From Selaginella moellendorffii (lineage: Eukaryota; Plantae; Lycopodiophyta): a stretch of DNA of 64,000 bases. The DNA is taken from assembly GCF_000143415.4 (NCBI RefSeq), contig NW_003314276.1, forward strand, positions 2,417,072-2,481,071, written 5' to 3'. Position 1 is the stretch's first letter; each line of letters starts with the position of its first letter. Below, piece by piece: positions 56,364 through 64,000 of this stretch. The notes beneath the pieces are model-generated. The model ran no database searches and was not told the DNA's origin. It saw nothing but the letters and a program-made list of their open reading frames with translations. Made by a program: the position numbers and the translations under genes.

Positions 56364-59300
56364 TCAGACTGTTATTTTTTGCCTCCAACGCCTATACAAT
56401 AATCTTGGAATTTCATCACTCTCCACACTATCAGGATTTAAACCCAATAGTAATGCCATCTCTTCTCTAATACGTCCACGCTCATGTTCAGTGGTCGAAG
56501 AACCCATCCGGTTGAGCAGATTATGGAGATGCGGATAGTGCTTGGCTAGACAATATACATGCCATAAATGATGACTGGTGTCTGTCCGATCAAATGGCTT
56601 TTGATATACCGTTCCATCTGCCATTTGGTTGATTTCTGCAGCCACCTCCTGGACTGGCCGGTTCTCTATCACCATCGCTCCAAGCCGTTTTGCAAGGTCC
56701 CCCAGAACATACGGTTTCTTCTCCCTAGTTTCCATACTGCAAGAGATGGGGTGCACTGCATATGTGTGCGTGTTCGCTACAGTTTTAATCGGCGAGTCAT
56801 CGATGATGAGGATTTCACTTGAGCTAGCAGTCCGGTTCATCACTACAACCTCTGGCTTGACGAAGATGGGCTTGCTACCCCTCACATAGACCATAGTCAA
56901 GCAATCCTCCTGCGTTAGGAGAAAGTCAAATGGTAATATTACTCGCGTCTGATCGTGCATCATCTGTAGCAACGTTAATGCATTGTGGCGCATCATGGAT
57001 GTCCAAACTCCCAATTGCAAATTGAACCCGGCCCTCTGTTTTAAGTGTCGCATGGTCATTATTAGATCCCGCAGTTTCTCCCGTGTGATTAATGTGAATC
57101 TGTCTCTTTTGACCAACTTGCGACCGCAAGCTTTGGAGGGTGCAATGACATTCGAGGACGAGCCACGCTCATGGGAGAAAAGGACACCGTTCAGATCAAA
57201 AACGATACAGTACCTTCGCCGTGACTCTGAAATGAAATGCGTCAGCATAAAAAATGGTAAAAGGTTAGGAATGGATGTACTATTATTTACCTGATGGTTT
57301 GTCTTGTATGACCTTCCTCCGCTGCTCTTTGGCCACCTCAGGCTGGCCATCGTCGTCGTCGTTATTGTGATCGTCACCATTGTGAGGACCATCCAAGTCC
57401 TCTTCGTCCTCCTCTTCTTCGTCCTCCTCTTCTTTGTCCTCCTCTTCGTCCTTCTGCTCTTCCTGCTCATTATCTTTCTCTGGCTCCTCATCCCCCTCCT
57501 GCATTTCTTCCATAGGCTGCTCAGGCTGGATGGCTTGTTCTTCCAGGACCATCTTGGGAAAATCATCTGGCCGAGTCTCCATCTCAAAATACAAGACATC
57601 CATAGCCTGTTTTAGTGCGTGACCTAGGACCGTATCCTCACCCGACTGTCTTAACATGGTTTCTGCACGTTCTTGCACCCTTCGAAGACGACGAGATGAG
57701 AAAAACGTGGCCCTGACTTGAAAAGCATCCCTCATCCATTGTACCTCTCCATTGAGATTGGGGAAGGGGAGTCCACCATAGGAATCTGAGTCATGAGGTG
57801 GTGACTGCCTGCTTTCACTCAGCCCTTGATCTGCAATGAATGGCATGAGCACACACGCCATAACCGCGAGGCATTACCTATCATCTTTTCGTTGCCCTTC
57901 TTCCTTTTCGAATCAAACGCCTCTGATCCCGACGACTGTCCAACGTGCTTTCGCTTTTTATGACCACTGTCAGTTTGAGCTTGGCTGGTGCTTGCCTGTT
58001 TTGCTTTTGAAGAAGTTTCTCCTGCAAGGAATGGCATGAGACCACATGCCATTGCAAATATAATTTGTACCTCCTTTTTTCCTATTGCTTGTCTGTTTGT
58101 CCTTCTTCGATGCACCACCAGTGCGCTTTTCAGTCCTCATGTCTGAATATTCACAACGATCTATAATCAAAATGGCGTGAGGCCTCACGTGACCTTACCT
58201 TGTGCAGGTTGTGAGCTCGGCCCAACATGGGTATCTTCAACAGTAGCTGTTAATGCCATTTCAGCATCTGGGGGTGGCCACGCTCCTGCATACAGAGCTT
58301 GTGAGATAACATTTAAACTTAAAGTGTGTACTCACCAGGTTCGCAGAGAAGATACTGTTTTTCTTTGGCAACTGTAATTATATGCTCCATTGAAGTTACC
58401 TCTTCAATGGAGTTTGTCACCGCAACACATGGGACACCCTTGAGTAGTGCGGCTCGAAAGAATAGTCCGCTGCAGTTGTACTCGACAACGCATTTGCCCT
58501 TGGAGTCGGAAGCAGGTGACCCACCCGCTATTGCGTTGAAGACCCAGCTGAGCATTTCCCATGCTGCACCTGGAGCTTTCTTTGGATTCGAAAGCTCCAT
58601 AGCCGTCTTCAGTTCCTCAGGCACGGGTAAATTGACCTCCCTCAGATCAATTCGATTGGCCTTGTCGAACGAAGCTGGGAAGTCACTCCAGTCCCACTCT
58701 GCTGCAGGACCAATAACAAGGGCGAGTGTGAAGATGCGGACATTCGTCGGTATCTTTTTCTTAGCCATTATCCCATGGATCTCCCGCATCTCCTTGCCTT
58801 TCAACCGAGCCTTCACCTCGTTCAAGGCCTTCCAGAACTTGTGATAGGATTCGGAGTCGTAGATCATATAGTGGACTGAAGATTCCACCTCCGCAAGTCC
58901 CACCATTAAGTCAATGATGGAGCTGACTTCGTCTGCATGAGTGATCTCCTCGTTTGTGAAGTCCATCACACAAAAGATGTTCTTGACCTACTCATCTCCG
59001 AGGGGAAACGATGCTCCTCCACCTTTGATCCTCATCCGAATTCAAGTATACCCGGTAAGGTTCTTGATAGGCCTCTGCTGCGGGGTCGAGCTGTTTCTGA
59101 AGCCGACGGTCGACATCAATCTTAATGAAATTTGGATACTGATCCAACTTCTCAGCTTTACTTTTCGTGGCATCCCGCAGCAGATCGATGAACTTGGGGG
59201 CCCCCTTCACGTACTCGTCGATGTCTTCATTTGACAACTCCAGCGCTTCCATCATCTCTTGCGTGGTGTCGATGCTCACCCTCTCCACGGCCACTTGCTC

Positions 59301-61134
59301 GAAGATCCAATCCTTCAATAGCGCACGAGCTCTCAGAGTCGTGCACAAGTCCTCGTATGTCACAATATGGCCGAGAGTCATTTTGGTCTTGTTGAAGATT
59401 ACCTCACCACGTAGAAGAGCATTAGCCACTGTCAGAAGGTCGTCGTCGTCTAGAGACCGCGAGAAACGCAAGGCGTTGAGCTTCAAATCAATGGGCTTCC
59501 GGCCATCCTCCACACCCATTGAGTTTGGCAACTCCCCGTCATGGTACCTCCTCAGCACATCTACCCATTTGGCAAAAACAACTTTTGTCGCGAGTAGAAT
59601 GTTATGGATGCTGAGTGTGTCATTGACCCCCAGTGTTTTCGAGAGAAGACTCGAGAATTCCTGCAATGGAAATGGCGTGAGGCCACATGCTATGCCACAT
59701 GCAACGAGGCTTACCTGCCAGGCGCTAGTTGCTAGTGCACGTCCTTGTCCTGGTTTTTGTGGCTTCTTTAGTTGAACCCAGAGCTTCCGTGTTCGTGCCA
59801 ATGTCTCGTGCAGACCCGATTTGTAGCACGTTTCTTGCTTGACATTCTGCGCGTGGAGATGTATATGATAGATCGGAGGGGCGAGTTGCCTTTTATCAGG
59901 CGGACAACTCTTGTCTTGAAGACTTTCTTCACCTCCTCGCCCACCATAATATCCACAACTATCTCTTGCATTGCCAAGCTAGAATGCTGCCTGGAGACGG
60001 CATAGAACCGGATGTTCTGATCGTCCAACACCTTCCTATTGATCAAGTCTAGAAACCTCGTCTCGCCCTTCATTGTTCGGTAGTAGGGGATCACGTCTGC
60101 GATGTCGGGTGTTACTGGACTTGCCAGCATCTTCTGCTTCAGTTTCTCCACCCACTCATCAGATACTAGCCTGTGGTTGTATTTGCTTTGGATGTCGATA
60201 CGGCTCACGTCGATTGTATATACTTTGTTGGAATAGTAACAAGTACTATTATCTGCGACGATTTTTGCTGCCTCTTCTTGCTCTTTCTGCTCTTTGCGGC
60301 TCTTCTTTTTGGTGGGTGTAGTGTTCGAACCCGAGGCAATGGCATCACTGAGTAGCTTTTTTTTTGGAGCAGGAGAGTCGGACGTTGGCTTGAGCTTGAC
60401 CACCCTTTTCTGCTTCGAGGTAGTTTCCAGATCGACCCCCTTCCCCTTTGCTTCGCGAACTGGAGTCACTCTCAACGGCTCAATGTTGGAATATAGTTTT
60501 TGAACATCGCCGTAGGTGAGGTTCGTGGATTCCATGTGATCTTCATAGACCCGCAGCGTCTTTGAAATTGTGGGCCTCCTGGACAACCTCTCCCTAGCTC
60601 CCTCTAGGAATTCCTCATAGCCACTGCCCCCCTCCGGGAAGCCGCTAGGATGTGCAAGGTGGATCTTGAAGGCAGACGCTATCTCTACCACAAGTGCCAG
60701 TCCATATTCTTGCATGGAACTGCATAGAGTGTCTGTCACTTGGATGAGGATCCCCATGCATACTTTTCTCCCACCATCTGTGTTGTACAGCCTCAGATCC
60801 TCGCCTTCCATCCCGAAAGTCCAACTGGTGAGCTCCTCCCCCTTCTCTGCATCCACATTGACAGTGGCTGGAAGAAGAACGCAATTCCTCGCCTGTTCAG
60901 AAATGCACAACAATTAGAGCTGACAGATGAAAAGCTAGTAGCTGGAAATAACGTGAGGCCACACGCCATTCACCACTGCATCAGATGTCTTGAGGCTGCA
61001 TCCTAAGATGGCGTGAGGCTACACGCCATCTGTAACCGGACTGCACTCGAGAGCCCAATCGGTGCATGCCAATGTTGCTACTGAATGGCATGTGGCCTCA
61101 TGCCATTTTCTACTTGGCCTAAAAGACTTACCAT
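56364..61134 (-). pseudogene. Spliced cargo gene: ParB-like, degenerate methyltransferase-like, basic/acidic linker, FCP1/NIF-type HAD domain (2 frameshifts, 1 stop)
   Basis: ATG|GT at 61134. Phase-compatible GT-AG introns at 60893-61131, 59661-59714, 58286-58335, 58161-58198, 58022-58070, 57831-57877 and ~57228-57290. Motifs: YTIDVSRI..NHR..FYAVSRQHS..AM; CVVEYNCSGLFFRAALLKGVPCVAV; IVFDLNGVL..VWTS..IIDDSPIK. Confidence 0.7.
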
Positions 61135-61349
61135 TTGAAGCCGAATGGAGGCGTGACAACCGGACTCGCTGGCGAATGTGCACTGTGTGTGCAGCGGATC
61201 GTAGCAGCAAGGCTACTCTGCCACTTACAGTTGGAGAGTGGCGCTGAAATCTCCCGGGACGCCAAGTGGGCTGCGTGTGGGTGGCGGAGTGGGCGGCGGA
61301 GTTGGCGGCGAAGTTACAAACTGGGTGTGTCTTAAAGTGGACGCCGATG

Positions 61350-61508
61350 CACACGAGCGCGATGCGAGCGCGAGTGTGATGCAAGCGCGAGTGGACGCCG
61401 ATGCACACGAGAAACCTGTAGAGAAGTGGGAGCGCGAGTGGGAGCGTGATGCGAGCGCGAGTGGGAGCGCGATGCGAGCGCGAGTGGGAGCGCGATGCGA
61501 GCGCGAGT
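61350..61508. repeat. CpG-rich 23-bp tandem repeat (GATGCGAGCGCGAGTGGGAGCGC)
   Basis: Period 23 at 61448, 61471 and 61494, with degenerate copies upstream. Confidence 0.8.
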
Positions 61509-63286
61509 ACGAAGCAAAATGCAAAACCTAACCTCACACGTGCGAAATGTCACGACGGTTGGTAATCCCGCCACGTCATCATTTCTCGGACTTGGGCGCC
61601 ACCATTAATTTCTGGATCGGCGCGCGCATGCGTGAAATCCAAAAGAAATCCGCAACGTCATCATTCCTCGGACTGCATGCACGCGAAATCCAAAAGAAAG
61701 ATCATGATTGGGATATCATTTAATACCCTCGCTATATTTATACCATGCATGATTGGATATTCCAAAGCATCTTGTATTTCCAAAAATGCCAGATGTTCAG
61801 CTAAATAAATTGTCAGAGGATTTGATGTGACGTTCAAGCATGTGGGCTCATGCAATTTTGATCCCAAAAAATGCACCAAAAAATGCTCGGCGTCATCTGG
61901 CGTTATCTCTTGAATGGCGTGGGGCCGCATGCCATTTTCAGGAGCACATAGGAGTATATTCCTAGAATATTCTGACACGCGCGAGATTGTTTTGAGTTTC
62001 CTGGAGATCCAACCGTTAGATTGCAACTAGATTTTACAGAATGGTATACAATGTCCTTCTTGATGACCCTGCAAAGAAGCATCTCGATCAGACACCACAT
62101 GAGACCACACGAGCCTTACAATGTTTCAGGGGCATTTGCCATAGATCCGACCGTTATTTTGCTCCAAGATTCTACAGTTTGGTGTGCATTGACCTTTCCA
62201 TCGACACTGCAAAGGGACATCACAATCAGATGCGGGATCACAAGAAACCAACTTCACTAACTCTGGTTTCACCAAGATCTACGTAAGGAGTTATGAAATG
62301 AAAGGACCCTCTCTATTGAAATGTGTTTATGGTCCTAGGGGCATTGTGACATATCCAAGGATTTTGTATCAAGTTCTGTATTTGCATGTTTATCAAGCTA
62401 CTGAATTGCTAAACCCTAAACCCTAAACATGTGGCAAATGCTGCGTGAAGAAAGATGCCCTTTCTGGGCAAATGCTGTAAGAGGCAGATGCCGAGCAGAT
62501 GTATCTCAGGCTAATGAAGGGGACAAACGAAAGCTAGCTATAAATATGATGGGATGCAAATAGATTACTAGGCTGGTCCTGCGAAAATCAAAAACCATAA
62601 TTGAAAACATTGAAAATGCAAAAAGAAAGGTTTATAATATTTTTGAATTTTAAGCAACCAAAGGAATGTAAGTAGGGCATTTGTTTGTAAGTTTAAAAAT
62701 GCCTCAATCACTTAAATTCCCAAGTAAATAAAGCTGTTTCTATTTTTGGTACAGGTAAACTTTATAGCGTGTGGGCTCATGCAATTTTGAACCCAAAAAT
62801 GCACCAAAAAATGCTCGACTAGCATTATTCTTTGAATGGCATGTGGCCTTATATTGCCATAAATGGACGTACACACACAGCATAATTATTCCTTTACACG
62901 GCGAATAATCTTGGCGCGGATCGTTGACATGGCATGGCAAAGTTCGAATCACTGACATGGCACAGCTGGATCGAGGCAAGGACATGATGTGACAAAGTTC
63001 AACCTCCAACAGCAAAGTCTAGAAGCTACTCAGTTTGAAATTTGTCAGAGGAATCATAAGATCTGGTTTGTCAAAGGATTTGATGTGACGTTCAAGCGTG
63101 TGTTATTTTTGAATTCTCGAACTCATTCCTAGGTCTATCATTTTTGTGCACCATGTTCTTGGTTCCGCTGAGCGCAGTGAGCGCTGCTTGTGTAAGCGGC
63201 GTTGTGAGCTGTGGTTTATGCGTCTACAAGCGGTTGCAGCATTGCGAGCGCCATTGCAAGCGGTAGTTTATGCGAGTGGCAGTTTG

Positions 63287-63386
63287 TGCGAGCGGCGCTA
63301 TGAGCAGTTGCGGTGTTGCGAGCGGCGCTACGAGTAGTTGCGGTGTTGCGAGCGGCGCTACGAGTAGTTGCGGTGTTGCAAGCGGC
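63287..63386. repeat. CpG-rich 30-bp tandem repeat, about 3.3 copies
   Basis: Unit TGCGAGCGGCGCTACGAGTAGTTGCGGTGT. Confidence 0.85.
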
Positions 63387-63743
63387 ACTGTCTTTGGTGT
63401 GGCTACCGCTTCCTCTTGATATTCGGCACTTGTGCTTCCTGGTATGTTCACCATGGAATGGTTTAGGACCACATTTAGAAATGGCATAAGGCCACATGCC
63501 ATCTTGGGCCCTTGCAATTTCATGGCTAGCGTATTGTCATGTATGTTTTTACTTGCCTGCAGCTGTGTGTATATCAAGATGGCATGAGGCCTCATGCCAA
63601 TTTTGTGAATGTGAAATTTCACGTGGGTGTCAATAGCATGTTTGAATAATGGCATGTGGCCTCATGCTATTTGGTATGTTATGATTTAGGCCATTCTCCA
63701 ATCATTTTTTGTATGGTCTTAACTTCTTTTCTGCACTTTCAGA

Positions 63744-64000
63744 ATGGCCTTCAAGGTTGGGGAAAAGGTTTACATTTTGAATGGTGGGAAGAGAGTTGCA
63801 AAAGGGACCCTTGTGTCTATGGATCGGAACTTTGTTATACACTGTCAAAGGCTTGGGGAAGGCAATGCTGCTGTATCAGTAGAGACTGTCTTCGATGGGA
63901 ATGTGGTTGCTATTGAACGAGGAGAGATGGTCGTCGGGGTAAATGTTGTTGTTGCCTTGAAAAATCTGCAGAAGAAAGCAGATGTTGGGGACAGCGCAAG
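63744..64000 (+). CDS. Start of a transposon ORF with a Tnp1/En-Spm-like (DUF8039-like) beta domain, running off the window
   Basis: MAFKVGEKVYILNGGKRVAKGTLVSMDRNFVIHCQRLGEGNAAVSVETV is open to the window end and preceded by a TTTCAG acceptor. The VAxG..H...LG....V.V..V pattern is typical of that domain. Confidence 0.5.
   Translation, partial: MAFKVGEKVYILNGGKRVAKGTLVSMDRNFVIHCQRLGEGNAAVSVETVFDGNVVAIERGEMVVGVNVVVALKNLQKKADVGDSA

Larger units (their letters stand above)
55922..64000. mobile_element. Large TIR DNA transposon (left part), related to the MITE
   Basis: Begins AAGCTCTATTTCGTTAAAGTGGGAATT (23/27 identical to the MITE TIR) exactly where the gypsy D 3' LTR stops. Shares the 22-bp palindrome with the MITE. 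Confidence 0.8.

Noticed and set aside
62409-62428. Interstitial telomere
   Set aside because: Fewer than three units, consistent with a promoter telo-box.
56017-63670. Dispersed 22-bp palindromes as CRISPR repeats
   Set aside because: Spacing is irregular (about 60 to over 1400 bp), the intervening DNA is exonic, there are no cas genes, and the context is eukaryotic.

Overview
Plant nuclear DNA. Very short GT-AG introns (about 40-130 nt), tiny intergenic gaps and PLS-type PPR debris suggest a lycophyte such as Selaginella (inference). Gene islands alternate with nested transposon blocks. Host genes: the signal-peptide exon of a gene running off the left edge, a three-exon CLV3-like CLE gene, a secreted precursor with several peptide-hormone-like motifs and its inverted pseudogene copy next to tRNA-Leu(AAG), a fasciclin-like AGP, a CCCH zinc-finger protein, a glyoxalase/VOC protein, proteasome beta-6 (PBF1), a secreted jacalin and two tandem 4CL-like acyl-CoA ligases. 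PPR and ABCB pseudogene fragments are also present. Mobile DNA: a young Ty3/gypsy element with 174-bp LTRs, a tRNA-Ala PBS and a -1 frameshift signal with a pseudoknot; older copies of it, one holding a captured PPR fragment; solo LTRs; a TRIM; a second large gypsy element; and MULE-like and copia relics. The most unusual feature is a >8-kb terminal-inverted-repeat DNA element starting at 55922. It carries one spliced gene encoding ParB-like, degenerate amino-methyltransferase-like and FCP1-like HAD domains. It also holds 14 copies of a 22-bp palindrome (ATGGCRTGWGGCCWCAYGCCAT), all in introns or non-coding DNA. A 275-bp MITE shares its TIR and palindrome, and an older ParB(DGNHR)-MTase relic lies nearby. 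All gene models and domain calls were made by eye, with no database search.
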